Assembly (NCBI GenBank): GCA_963702205.1
Contig: OY969724.1
Coordinates: 3,040,001 to 3,104,000, forward strand
DNA from: an uncultured candidate division Zixibacteria bacterium
GTDB taxonomy: Bacteria; Zixibacteria; MSB-5A5; GN15; PGXB01
Direction of reading: 5' to 3'
DNA: 64,000 nt
Part shown: one piece after another, positions 42,232 to 53,182 of the stretch
How positions within the stretch are numbered: the stretch's first letter is position 1
Layout: every line of letters starts with the position of its first letter
Translations under genes and position numbers: made by a program
Notes under the pieces: generated by a model
Seen by the model: the letters and a program-made list of their open reading frames with translations, nothing else
Database searches by the model: none
What the model was told of the DNA's origin: nothing

Positions 42232-43047
42232 ATGACCGATCAGTCGTTCATATATGGATCGTTCGGGAATACCGGGATGGGCGTGCATCGGCTGGGGCTT
42301 TCGGCCACACACCGACCCGGCAAGAAAACCATATATAAAGCGCTCGACGAGGGCGTCAATTTTTTCTTCTGCTATGGTTTCGATACGCACATGACCAAAG
42401 TTTTGAAAGACGTTTTCAAGACCCGACGAGATCAGCTGGTGGTCGCGACCGGCGCGTATAACATGCCGGTCTGGCATCCCGACGTGAGCAAGTCGTTCGA
42501 GAAGCGGCTGAAGCAATTGGGGACCGATTATATCGACGTTTTCCTGTTTCTGGGCGTCATGAAACCGAAGCAGTTTACGCCAAAAGCCTATGACGCTCTG
42601 CTCAAGCTCAAGGAAGAAGACAAAGTGCGGTGTGTCGGGATTTCCTGCCACAACCGTCAATTTCTGGGACGGCTGGCCGAGGCCGGGGATATCAATGCCT
42701 TAATGATGCGCTACAACGCCGCCCACCGGGGCGCGGAAGAAGACATCTTCCCGCATTTATCAAAGCACAATCCCGGTGTCATAAGTTATACCGCGACCCG
42801 CTGGGGATATCTGTTGCGACGGCCTAAAAATTATCCCAAAGACGCACCGATCCCGACCGCCGGACAGTGCTATCGGTTTGTGCTGCAAAATCCGAATGTC
42901 GACGTCTGTCTCACGGCCCCGAGCAATGAAAAGCAGTTGATGGAGAATCTCCGCGCCTTGGAGGATGGACCGCTCTCACAAGAAGAGAATGAATTCATCA
43001 AGGAGTTCGGTGATATGATTCATTATAAGATAGGTTTCCCGGATTAA
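42232..43047 (+). CDS. Aldo/keto reductase family protein
   Basis: LKQLGTDYID, KVRCVGISCH, RYNAAHR. Confidence 0.8.
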   Translation: MTDQSFIYGSFGNTGMGVHRLGLSATHRPGKKTIYKALDEGVNFFFCYGFDTHMTKVLKDVFKTRRDQLVVATGAYNMPVWHPDVSKSFEKRLKQLGTDYIDVFLFLGVMKPKQFTPKAYDALLKLKEEDKVRCVGISCHNRQFLGRLAEAGDINALMMRYNAAHRGAEEDIFPHLSKHNPGVISYTATRWGYLLRRPKNYPKDAPIPTAGQCYRFVLQNPNVDVCLTAPSNEKQLMENLRALEDGPLSQEENEFIKEFGDMIHYKIGFPD

Positions 43048-43054
43048 AAAAAAC

Positions 43055-43258
43055 CGTCGGGAAAGGGTTCCTGACGGCGCATTAAAAGGGTTACTTAACG
43101 GCGCATTAAATCCAACCTATGCGCGCTTCAAACGTAATAGCAAAACATCCTAAATTGTGCGCGGCACATGTCCACATGTGCCCGAGCGTTAGAAAAAGAA
43201 GTCACCCCGCCCTTTAAAAGGTTTAGGACCTTCGGCAAGGCTCTGACCTACTAAGACT
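43055..43258. repeat. REP-like hairpin cluster between convergent genes
   Basis: CGGGAAAGGGTTCCYGACGGCGC (also near 59842), GGCACATG-tcca-CATGTGCC at 43157-43188, CTGACCTACTAAGACT (also 59658). Confidence 0.75.
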
Positions 43259-43942
43259 CTAAATACCCAAATATTTTTTAATCTGCATGGTGTGTACGCG
43301 CTCGTGCCAGACGGCTCTTCTGAGAAGCTTGCGCGGTGACCAGTATTCTTTTGAGCGGCAGGTTTGCTGGTCGCTCCCAACGATGCGCGGAAGATTTTCA
43401 AGAGTAAAATTGCGAATTGTATCCAGCAGTTTGAATATATCATCATCCGGGCGCTGTTCGCGCGGGAAAGCCAGATTCAACCTGTCCCAGTACCACCATT
43501 CGGCGGTGCCGATATGTTTCACGATATGCCTGATATCCCCCTGCACTTCACCGTCGATAGGTCGGTCGAGGACTTCATCGGACAGGTTGGAAATGACGTT
43601 GAGCAGGTCCTTGCGGTTCAAGTCGAAAATGGTTTCGGCGTAGACAAGATCGGATTTAGCGAGCGGGATTTTATCGCTTTCGAAGAAAGCATTGACGATG
43701 TAATCCGGGGAGCTTTTAAATGACTGGTACTCTTCGGCGATTTTTATTGTATATGGTGATTGATGTGCGCTGGTATCGACCATGGTGTCATTCAACCGCG
43801 AGCGCATTTCTTCGATAGCCGAGGTGACACCGTTGAGAGCATCCTGTCGCGCGCGACCGCGCGAGCAACATCCCGGCCATTCGAAGACAAAGGCCACCCA
43901 GTTGTTGGGTTCCACGTCTTCGATGCCTATATGATATTCCAC
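43259..43942 (-). CDS. HicB-like N-terminal domain fused to a DinB-like domain
   Basis: WPGCCSRG...AL N-terminus; H..TAEWWY and WHERVH His motifs. Confidence 0.65.
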   Translation of the reverse strand: MEYHIGIEDVEPNNWVAFVFEWPGCCSRGRARQDALNGVTSAIEEMRSRLNDTMVDTSAHQSPYTIKIAEEYQSFKSSPDYIVNAFFESDKIPLAKSDLVYAETIFDLNRKDLLNVISNLSDEVLDRPIDGEVQGDIRHIVKHIGTAEWWYWDRLNLAFPREQRPDDDIFKLLDTIRNFTLENLPRIVGSDQQTCRSKEYWSPRKLLRRAVWHERVHTMQIKKYLGI

Positions 43943-43964
43943 GTCTCCCCCTTCGGTTTTGAGA

Positions 43965-46190
43965 TTAGTACCGCTCGAGAAGTTTCGGCAGACTTTCGTA
44001 GAAAGCCGTTTCCATCTGGGTCAAAGGCAGATCCACAAGGTCGTCTATTTTGAGTCTGTCGCCGCCGACCGTTCCGATCGCCTTGTACGGTACCCCGTGG
44101 TCGCTTAAAAGACCCTGAAACGTCTGAATATCATCGCGCGCGACGGTCAATATCACGCGCGACTGCGTCTCTCCGAAAAGCAGGCAGTCAGGTCGCAGCA
44201 TTTCTTCTATCTGCACTTCGGCACCGCGCATATTCTCGCGGTCGGTGATGCAGCACTCGGCCAGTGTCACCGCCAGACCACCATCGGATACATCGTGTGC
44301 CGATTGTACTAATCCGTCCTGGATGGCATCGAGAAGCGCGTCTTGTATTTCTTTTTCGTAATTAAGGTCAAGTTCCGGGACGGGTCCGGTGTTCTTATGG
44401 AAAATCGTGTGCAGATATTCCGACGCCCCCAGCTCTTCCTTATTTTGTCCGATCAGATATATGATGTCGCCGTCGTTCTTGAACCACTGGGTCGTGATGT
44501 GCTTTATATCGTGTATTATGCCGAGCATACCGATGGTCGGGGTCGGGAAGACGGCGTGATCGGGCACTTCGTTGTAGAAGCTGACGTTACCACCCGTGAC
44601 CGGTGTTCCGAACACGATGCAGGCTTCGCCCATCCCGGCGACTGATTCTGAGAAGCCATAGTATATTTCCGGCTTGTACGGGTTTCCGAAGTTAAGACAA
44701 TTCGTGATCGCGACCGGCTGCCCGCCGGAGCAGACAACGTTCCGCGCCGCCTCGGCGACCGCCTGACGCGCCCCGACGCGGGGATTGAGATAACAATATC
44801 GCCCGTTGCAATCGGTGCACATCGCCAGCGCTTTTTTTGTTTTGCGTACTCTAAGTACCGCCGCATCGGAACCGGGGCCGACCGAAGTATTGGTACGGAC
44901 GGTGCTATCGTATTGAAGATGCACCCAACTCTTATCGCAAATATTCGGCGCCGCCAACAGGGTCAACAGATCATCGTTCCAGTTGCGGTCGGTCGGATAG
45001 TCATCGAGATTGATCCGGGACAGTTTATCTATGTACTCCGGCTTGCGTGATTCTCTGTGATACACCGGTGTCGCGCCGCCAAGAGAGAGCACGTCGGCGG
45101 GAATTTCGGAGATTGTTTCACCGTCGAGACGAACCTTGAAAATCCCGCTTTCATTGGAGTATCCGATTATCGTGGAATCCAGTTCCCACTTATCGAAGAT
45201 GCGCCGAACGTCTTCCTCGCGGCCCTTCTTGACGCACACCAGCATACGTTCCTGTGATTCGGACAGGAGGATTTCGTACGGGGTCATGTTCTCTTCGCGC
45301 ACCGGGACTTTATCGATGTCGATGGTTACGCCCGCCCCGCCGCGGAATGACATCTCCGAACAGGAGCAGGTGATCCCGGCCGCGCCCATGTCCTGCACGC
45401 CGATCACGAGGTCTTCTTTGATGATTTCGAGAGTGGCTTCGAGCAAGAGTTTTTCTGTGAATGGGTCGCCGATCTGCACCGACGGCCGTTTCTCCTCGGA
45501 TTTGGCGGTCAGCTCTTCGGAAGCGAAGGTCGCGCCGTGGATACCGTCGCGGCCGGTCTTGGACCCGACAATCATGACCGGGTTGTCCACTCCGGATATC
45601 GTTCCGGAAATCAGGCCGTCGGTTTTGACCAGCCCGACCGCCATAGCGTTGACCAGCGGATTGCCGGTGTAGGCGTCGTCGAAATACGTCTCCCCGGCTA
45701 CGGTCGGAACGCCGAACGAATTGCCGTAGTCGCCAATCCCGCGCACGACGCCGTCGACGAGGTAGCGCACTCTTGGATTCTCCGGTGAACCGAAACGCAG
45801 CGAATCGAGCGAGGCAATCGGTCGCGCACCCATAGTGAAAATATCGCGCAGTATGCCGCCGACACCGGTAGCGGCGCCCTGGTACGGCTCTACGGCCGAG
45901 GGGTGGTTGTGCGATTCGATTTTGAAAACGACCGCGAGGCCGTCGCCGATATCGACCGCCCCGGCATTCTCTTCCCCGGCTTTGGACAGGAGCGCCTCGC
46001 CTTCGCGCGGCAGAGTTTTAAGCAGGGCTATGGAATTTTTGTATGAGCAGTGTTCCGACCACATAACCGAGAAAATACCGAGTTCGGTATAGTTGGGTTC
46101 GCGGCCGAGAATTTCTTTGATTTTTTCGTATTCTTCGTCGTTTATGCCGTGATCTTTGACCAGTTGAGGGGTCACCTTGGGTTGTTCCAC
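43965..46190 (-). CDS. purL: Phosphoribosylformylglycinamidine synthase subunit PurL
   Basis: [37 protein letters not shown]. Confidence 0.97.
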   Translation of the reverse strand: MEQPKVTPQLVKDHGINDEEYEKIKEILGREPNYTELGIFSVMWSEHCSYKNSIALLKTLPREGEALLSKAGEENAGAVDIGDGLAVVFKIESHNHPSAVEPYQGAATGVGGILRDIFTMGARPIASLDSLRFGSPENPRVRYLVDGVVRGIGDYGNSFGVPTVAGETYFDDAYTGNPLVNAMAVGLVKTDGLISGTISGVDNPVMIVGSKTGRDGIHGATFASEELTAKSEEKRPSVQIGDPFTEKLLLEATLEIIKEDLVIGVQDMGAAGITCSCSEMSFRGGAGVTIDIDKVPVREENMTPYEILLSESQERMLVCVKKGREEDVRRIFDKWELDSTIIGYSNESGIFKVRLDGETISEIPADVLSLGGATPVYHRESRKPEYIDKLSRINLDDYPTDRNWNDDLLTLLAAPNICDKSWVHLQYDSTVRTNTSVGPGSDAAVLRVRKTKKALAMCTDCNGRYCYLNPRVGARQAVAEAARNVVCSGGQPVAITNCLNFGNPYKPEIYYGFSESVAGMGEACIVFGTPVTGGNVSFYNEVPDHAVFPTPTIGMLGIIHDIKHITTQWFKNDGDIIYLIGQNKEELGASEYLHTIFHKNTGPVPELDLNYEKEIQDALLDAIQDGLVQSAHDVSDGGLAVTLAECCITDRENMRGAEVQIEEMLRPDCLLFGETQSRVILTVARDDIQTFQGLLSDHGVPYKAIGTVGGDRLKIDDLVDLPLTQMETAFYESLPKLLERY

Positions 46191-46367
46191 TTCTTCCTCC
46201 GTATATTGAAAGCCGGAATATAGGGGGGATTTATGGGGTAGTCAAATAATATGTTGGGGAGGGTATAAAAAGTCCTTAACTTTAAGTCTTGATTAATCCG
46301 GCGCTAGGCGAATACGGCTTGGACTGGCCGGATCAGGCAATACTGTACAAGGATATTGTAATTACTT

Positions 46368-49300
46368 ATGCCTAAACCTGAATTGCCAGATTATTCTCGT
46401 GACGATAGACCGATAGAATTAACGTCTCGCCAAATGGCACTAATGGCATCACTCGACGAAAAATATCCAGAATTAGGAGCAATGTATTATGGAGCATTGC
46501 TTGTGTTGCGCAACAAGAGTAATCCTGATGCAGTGTACCAATCATCACATTCTATAAGAGAACTCATTAGAAGGCTTCCACAAATCGTCCCTGTATTGAC
46601 CGTTAAACCAGATAGAGTTAATATTGTAGAAAAATTAAAGGAACTAATTAATCGCTATCAAGACAACCCCGGACTCGGCAATTCAAATGAATGGATATCT
46701 GAAATATCTACTCTAATTGACCAATCATCATTTTCGCATAGGTATATATTAGGTGAGCTGTTTGATAAATGTGACCAAGCTGGTCTTTCTACTCAAGAGA
46801 AAGAGAGATCGGCTAAAAATCTTCACGATATATATACATGGTTTGTTGATGTTAGCCATCACAGAACGAAACCAAGTGTAAATGAAGTATCGCGTCAAAT
46901 AAATAGATTTGAACTAATCCTGGAAGTGTTATTTAAACCATATTTCGAAATAGAACCTGAGATAGCCAAATTAATTGAAATTCAAAATCCTTCCGTAGAA
47001 AATCTAAATAGCCTCAAGAGTCTACTTATAAAGAGAGCATTTATTGAATACTGTTTTAGAAATCTGGATAACCGCAATTGGCTGCCTTTATTGAAAGATG
47101 CTAATTTTTTCACAAAACCTATAGGGATCATCACTCATGTGGATGGCGCGGTATCGTGTCCCTCATGGCCACAATCTTCATTTCTGATGAAATGTGCCGA
47201 GTCCGATCCTGATCTCGTATGCAAAATACTCGAAGGCGTCGAGGATACGGATAACGCAAGAGTTCATCAAGAACTGGTCGAAATTTCTTTGAGACTCCCA
47301 AGTTCTATGCTGGAAACGTTTGCATATCGAGCAAAAGAATGGATAAAAGATCAATACCATACTATCACGTTATTACCAGTCCGCCTTGCCGAACTTGTGG
47401 CAAAACTAGCTTCAGAGAATCATATACTTGTGGCGTTAGGTGTAGCTGATACAATACTGGATGTGAAAATTAATGAAGACAAATATAAAGAACAGCAAGA
47501 AACGTTGAGCCTTAAGCTTCCTCCCGAAGCAGAAGCCTATGTTGACGATTGGCATTATGGAAAATTGTTAGAGATAACCAAATCTGCCTTAATTAAAGTT
47601 GCAGCGATTGATTATCTAAATATAATATGCCAAAAATTAAATAAGGCTATCAGAATCGAACATGAAGCTAAGGGTGATAAAGAGGCAAAAATCGATTATA
47701 CTTACATATCGCGTCCTGCAATAGAAGATAACGAGCAGAACACTGGAACTGACAAATTAAAAGACCACCTAATAAGCCATATCCGGGACGCGTCCATTCA
47801 AGTAGTGCAGAATAATGGTTCAATTGATGATATTTTGTCTTGCCTCAGGCAGTTTAAATATCCCGTATTTTTCAGGATAGGACTTTTTATATTAGCAGAA
47901 TTTCCCGAATTGTGTGGAAAACATATTGTCGCAATACTTCAAAATAATACACTTTTTCCCAAGCCAGGAATTCATCATGAATTTTATCGATTTTTGGAAA
48001 AGACATTTGGCAGTGTGGATGCCGAAGTTCAAAATGTCTATTACGATTGGATATCATCTGGCCCCAATCTTGAACACTATAAGGTAATTTATGAGAAGGA
48101 AACCGGTGTAGAACCGCCTCCAGAACAGATTAAAGCATACATAGGTAGATGGAAATTAAGACAATACAGTCCAATTAAATCTCATTTAAATGGTGAACAT
48201 AAAATAATTTATGAAGACCTCATGTCAAAATACAAAATTGAGGAATTTCCTGAATTTCTATCCTATAGAACAAGTTGGGTTGGCCCAACAAGTCCGCTAA
48301 ACAATGAGGAATTAAATCAAAAATCAGTTCAGGATGTAATTAGGTATTTAAAAGAATGGATTCCTTCTGGAACACATCATTCGCCATCTTCGGAAGGATT
48401 AGGCAGGATTTTTAAAGACGATGTAAGAAACCGTGCAATTGAGTATACAAAACTAGCCGATTCAATTAATCCTGAAGGGATAAGACCGGTTTATATTTAT
48501 TATTATTATTCAGGGATTGAAGAAGCAATAAGGAACAATGTTGAAATTGACTGGCAATGTATAGTTAAATTGTCTGAACGTTTAGTAAAGGATGATAATC
48601 TTCCAGAACCGGATAGAACTAAAGATGATTTTGAAACAGGTTGGCAAGGGGTCCGAAAGCAAGTTGCAAGCCTCATCTCAGAAGCACTTAAATCACCGGA
48701 TATTATACCATTCGATCTGAGGGAAAATATCTGGAATTTAATAGAAATACTATGTAAGGATGGTGATCCAACCATAGAATATGAAGCAGAATATGGCGGC
48801 TCTAATATGAGCCCTGTAGATATGTCTATTAATACAGTTCGCGGTGAAGCTGTTCATGGATTATTCCATTACTTGATATGGGTCGATGAAAATATCAATA
48901 AGGAAAAGGACCCGAAAGATAAAAAGCATTCTATTCCGGAAGAAGCCAAACCTGTTTTAAATAGATTATTGAATACTTCAATAGAACCAACATTAACCAT
49001 TCGTTCAGTAATCGGCTGGTATATTCAATGTCTTGCTTTCCTTGATCTGAGTTATATTCAAAGTAACCTGACAACCATAATTCCGCAGGATCCAGAATTA
49101 AGAAAATACCGAGATGCTACTTTTGAAGGTTATTTTTCATTTAACCACTCTAATGGTTACCTTTTCAGAAACCTCAGGGAATTTTTTACGGGAGCATTCG
49201 ACTGGGCGAATGATAGTGAAACCGAAGACTCTTATCACACCCCAAAACAGAATTATGTTGAACATTTGGCAGTATTTTACTGGTGGGGAATTGATTCACT

Positions 49301-49874
49301 GACTAATGATAATTGCCTAATTAAAAGGATTTTTAAAAATGGAAATATAAAGTTGCGCTCTCATGCCTTTGAGTTTATAGGCAGATCATTAGAAAGACTA
49401 TCGCCAATAGCCAAGGGCGGCCCGGAAGCTTTTAAGAGGCTGAAGGAATTATTGGACTGGCGTTTATCCGAACTTGAAGTATCGGATATTGAGCCAGAAC
49501 AAAAGGCTGAAGAAATGAAAGAATTCGGCTGGTGGTTTACATATGCTCAGATGAATCAAGAGTGGCTTTTGGACACTATGCTTCGAGTGTTGTCAATTAC
49601 AAATGGCAAAATCGAATGGACACATGAAGTGCTAAGACATTTGTATGACTTCATCAACGTCGACTCACAAAAGGTTGCGGCTGTTATGGACTCAATCGTC
49701 CGAGCTGATCCGGCTCCTTGGAATATTGAATATTGGAAGGAGCATTTATGTCAAATATTGGAAAAAATAAGGAATGATAAGCATAAGGAAGCCTGGGAAA
49801 TTTGCAAAAGCACAATTAACTTTTTGGGAGAACGAGGATTTCGCTCATTTGGGAAATATTTAGAAAACGAATAA
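46368..49874 (+). CDS. Large AT-rich helical protein, possible HEPN-like N-terminus (putative defence protein)
   Basis: 1168-aa ORF, visibly AT-rich; N-terminal HSIRELI...VSHH; long alpha-solenoid-like remainder with WVGPTSP and SINTVRG. Confidence 0.55.
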   Translation: MPKPELPDYSRDDRPIELTSRQMALMASLDEKYPELGAMYYGALLVLRNKSNPDAVYQSSHSIRELIRRLPQIVPVLTVKPDRVNIVEKLKELINRYQDNPGLGNSNEWISEISTLIDQSSFSHRYILGELFDKCDQAGLSTQEKERSAKNLHDIYTWFVDVSHHRTKPSVNEVSRQINRFELILEVLFKPYFEIEPEIAKLIEIQNPSVENLNSLKSLLIKRAFIEYCFRNLDNRNWLPLLKDANFFTKPIGIITHVDGAVSCPSWPQSSFLMKCAESDPDLVCKILEGVEDTDNARVHQELVEISLRLPSSMLETFAYRAKEWIKDQYHTITLLPVRLAELVAKLASENHILVALGVADTILDVKINEDKYKEQQETLSLKLPPEAEAYVDDWHYGKLLEITKSALIKVAAIDYLNIICQKLNKAIRIEHEAKGDKEAKIDYTYISRPAIEDNEQNTGTDKLKDHLISHIRDASIQVVQNNGSIDDILSCLRQFKYPVFFRIGLFILAEFPELCGKHIVAILQNNTLFPKPGIHHEFYRFLEKTFGSVDAEVQNVYYDWISSGPNLEHYKVIYEKETGVEPPPEQIKAYIGRWKLRQYSPIKSHLNGEHKIIYEDLMSKYKIEEFPEFLSYRTSWVGPTSPLNNEELNQKSVQDVIRYLKEWIPSGTHHSPSSEGLGRIFKDDVRNRAIEYTKLADSINPEGIRPVYIYYYYSGIEEAIRNNVEIDWQCIVKLSERLVKDDNLPEPDRTKDDFETGWQGVRKQVASLISEALKSPDIIPFDLRENIWNLIEILCKDGDPTIEYEAEYGGSNMSPVDMSINTVRGEAVHGLFHYLIWVDENINKEKDPKDKKHSIPEEAKPVLNRLLNTSIEPTLTIRSVIGWYIQCLAFLDLSYIQSNLTTIIPQDPELRKYRDATFEGYFSFNHSNGYLFRNLREFFTGAFDWANDSETEDSYHTPKQNYVEHLAVFYWWGIDSLTNDNCLIKRIFKNGNIKLRSHAFEFIGRSLERLSPIAKGGPEAFKRLKELLDWRLSELEVSDIEPEQKAEEMKEFGWWFTYAQMNQEWLLDTMLRVLSITNGKIEWTHEVLRHLYDFINVDSQKVAAVMDSIVRADPAPWNIEYWKEHLCQILEKIRNDKHKEAWEICKSTINFLGERGFRSFGKYLENE

Positions 49875-49881
49875 TGAAGAT

Positions 49882-49908
49882 GGCAGAACCGCCAATGGGT
49901 TCTGCCCT
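49882..49908. repeat. GTAG-type REP interrupted by IS110 at its CT|AC
   Basis: GGCAGAACC-gccaatg-GGTTCTGCC-CT continues as AC at 51079-51080. Confidence 0.85.
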
Positions 49909-49910
49909 TG

Positions 49911-49916
49911 TATATT
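49911..49916 (+). promoter_or_regulatory. -10 half (TATATT) of the IS110 circle-junction promoter
   Basis: Joined to TTGACA at 51058-51063 with a 17-bp spacer after circularisation. Confidence 0.8.
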
Positions 49917-49922
49917 GGCAAT

Positions 49923-51063
<1,141 letters not shown>

Positions 51064-51103
51064 ATTAAGACAGTCGCTACAGTTCCGCACAAAATTCAAT
51101 GAT

Positions 51104-51125
51104 CCCGCCGCAAGCGGTGGGCTAC
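51104..51125. repeat. GTAG-type REP-like hairpin
   Basis: CCCGCCGC-aa-GCGGTGGG-CTAC. Confidence 0.6.
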
Positions 51126-51197
51126 CAAAACACTTAAGCGGCTGCTGGGAATTTATATATTTTTTAATTTACGCCCCTCCCCTATATTCTCCGCGAT

Positions 51198-52625
51198 ATG
51201 CTTACGGCGAAGAAAATTAAAGAAAACATCGAGCGGTTTGGCCTGATCGAGCCCGGTGATGTTGTGTTGGTTTCATTTTCCGGTGGGCCGGATTCGACGG
51301 TGCTGCTTTATATATTGAGTCAGCTTGCCAAACCGATGAAATTCGATGTCAGGGCGTGCTATATTAATCACAATATCCGAGCCAAAAAAACGCTCGAAAA
51401 GGAAATCCGCCACTGCCGTATGTTCTGCGAGCGGCTGGGAGTCGATTTCGTCCTGCTTGAAGCCGACATCCCGACTATCGCCAAAGAAGAAAAGCTCACG
51501 GTCGAAGAAGCCGGGCATGTTTTTCGAAAAGAAGCTCTTCCGGAAATCTGCCGAGAAGAGGGCTGCAATAAAATCGCGACCGGGCATCATCTCGACGACC
51601 GTATCGAGACGATTCTATTCCGGCTTTTTCGCGGAACCGGTCCGGGCGGGATCGATCCGATCAAGCCCAAAGCCGGGCAGTTTATCCGCCCGCTGTTCGA
51701 TATATCGAGGTCGGAAATCGAGGACTTCATCAAGAAAACCCGCCTGCTGCCGGTGCTCGACGAATCCAACCTCGATATCAAATATACCCGCAACTATATC
51801 CGCAACAAGATCATACCAACCGTAGAAAAGCATTTTGGACCGGGATTTAAGTCATCGCTACTCAATTTTTCGGAGATAATCGGGCAGGAGAACGTCTTTT
51901 TGGCCGACGTGGCTCTTCTGGCGATGAAAAAAATTGTCGAAGTCACGCCGGGAGGAAAATTAATTGTTGATTTACCCCGGCTGGCCGGTTATGATCTATG
52001 GCTAAAAAGACGTATTATAAAAAATTGCCTTGAAGAAGCTGGCGGGCGTTCGGGAGCGGGCAGTTTTGAGGATATCGGCCGGGTAGAAACGATAATATCC
52101 GGTAAAATCAAAGCCGCCGATTTGAGAGGCGGGATGCACGCCGCCTCGGACCACGACAAGCTGTATTTTTTCAAGGGCAGAATTAAAATTAAAGCGGAGG
52201 AAGCCGAAACCCCCGGATTGCTAACGATCGACGGCCTCAACAGCGCCGTCAAATTTAAAGAAATCCCCGCCTCAAAAGCGGTCCTGAAAACCCAGAGAAA
52301 GGGCTTGCGGGTCGATCTTGATATTGACCGCGTTGCCCCGCCGATTACGGTTCGCGGGATAAAGGCCGGGGATGTATTCGTACCGCTGGGCATGACGGGT
52401 AAAAAAAAGGTCGGCGACTTTTTAACCGACCAAAAGGTTTCAAAGTACATCCGCGACGAAATACTTGTTATCGAAGATAAAAGAGGCATAATCTGGCTGG
52501 CGCCATACCGCATCGCCGACCGGGTTAAAATTGATAATAAAACAAAAAAGGTGCTTAGAATTGATCTCCTCAAAAACGCAAACCAGCAAGGCCCTGAAGT
52601 TCGACCTCCTGTACGCCCAGGATAA
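51198..52625 (+). CDS. tilS: tRNA(Ile)-lysidine synthetase
   Basis: SGGPDS PP-loop, GHHLDD..ET, IRPL, DESN...RNYIR, C-terminal TilS domain. Confidence 0.95.
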   Translation: MLTAKKIKENIERFGLIEPGDVVLVSFSGGPDSTVLLYILSQLAKPMKFDVRACYINHNIRAKKTLEKEIRHCRMFCERLGVDFVLLEADIPTIAKEEKLTVEEAGHVFRKEALPEICREEGCNKIATGHHLDDRIETILFRLFRGTGPGGIDPIKPKAGQFIRPLFDISRSEIEDFIKKTRLLPVLDESNLDIKYTRNYIRNKIIPTVEKHFGPGFKSSLLNFSEIIGQENVFLADVALLAMKKIVEVTPGGKLIVDLPRLAGYDLWLKRRIIKNCLEEAGGRSGAGSFEDIGRVETIISGKIKAADLRGGMHAASDHDKLYFFKGRIKIKAEEAETPGLLTIDGLNSAVKFKEIPASKAVLKTQRKGLRVDLDIDRVAPPITVRGIKAGDVFVPLGMTGKKKVGDFLTDQKVSKYIRDEILVIEDKRGIIWLAPYRIADRVKIDNKTKKVLRIDLLKNANQQGPEVRPPVRPG

Positions 52626-53109
52626 AATCGCCAAACGAGTCAAGGAGCTGGGCAATCAGATTTCAAGAGATTATGACGGCAAAGACCTGGTGCTGGTGGG
52701 GGTCCTGAAAGGGTGTGTTATTTTTCTGGCCGATCTCATCAGGGCCATTTCGATTCCGGTGGAGCTTGAATTTATGTCGGCATCGAGCTATTTTAACGGC
52801 CGTGTATCCGCGGACAACGTGCGGTCGGGTTCGGTTGTCGATCTTCCACTGGAAAATCGCCACTTGTTGATCGTCGAGGGCATTGTCGATTCCGGAAAGA
52901 CAGTCGCCTCCCTGATCGAAAAGCTAAATGCCCGGAAACCGGCGTCGATAGAAATCGTTACACTAATAGATAAAACTGCGGCGCGGGAATATAATCTTCG
53001 GATCAAATATACCGGTTTCGCCGCAGGTGATGATTTTGTTATCGGCTACGGGTTGGACGATGCTCAAAAATATCGAAACCTTCCGTTCATCGGCAAGGTA
53101 ATAGCGTAG
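52561..53109 (+). CDS. hpt: Hypoxanthine phosphoribosyltransferase (start uncertain)
   Basis: VLKG, SSY, IVEGIVDSG, FVIGYGLD..QKYRNLP; tilS-hpt-ftsH synteny. Confidence 0.85.
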   Translation: MISSKTQTSKALKFDLLYAQDKIAKRVKELGNQISRDYDGKDLVLVGVLKGCVIFLADLIRAISIPVELEFMSASSYFNGRVSADNVRSGSVVDLPLENRHLLIVEGIVDSGKTVASLIEKLNARKPASIEIVTLIDKTAAREYNLRIKYTGFAAGDDFVIGYGLDDAQKYRNLPFIGKVIA

Positions 53110-53182
53110 ACCGAACGGCCGGACAATAAAGTTAGGCCATTTGCCGATAATTAAGTATATTATTAGGGAGTTGTATTTTTTT

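Noticed and set aside
52531..52625. Frameshifted tilS-hpt fusion
   Set aside because: Both proteins appear complete in their own frames; a simple overlap explains it, though reads were not available to check
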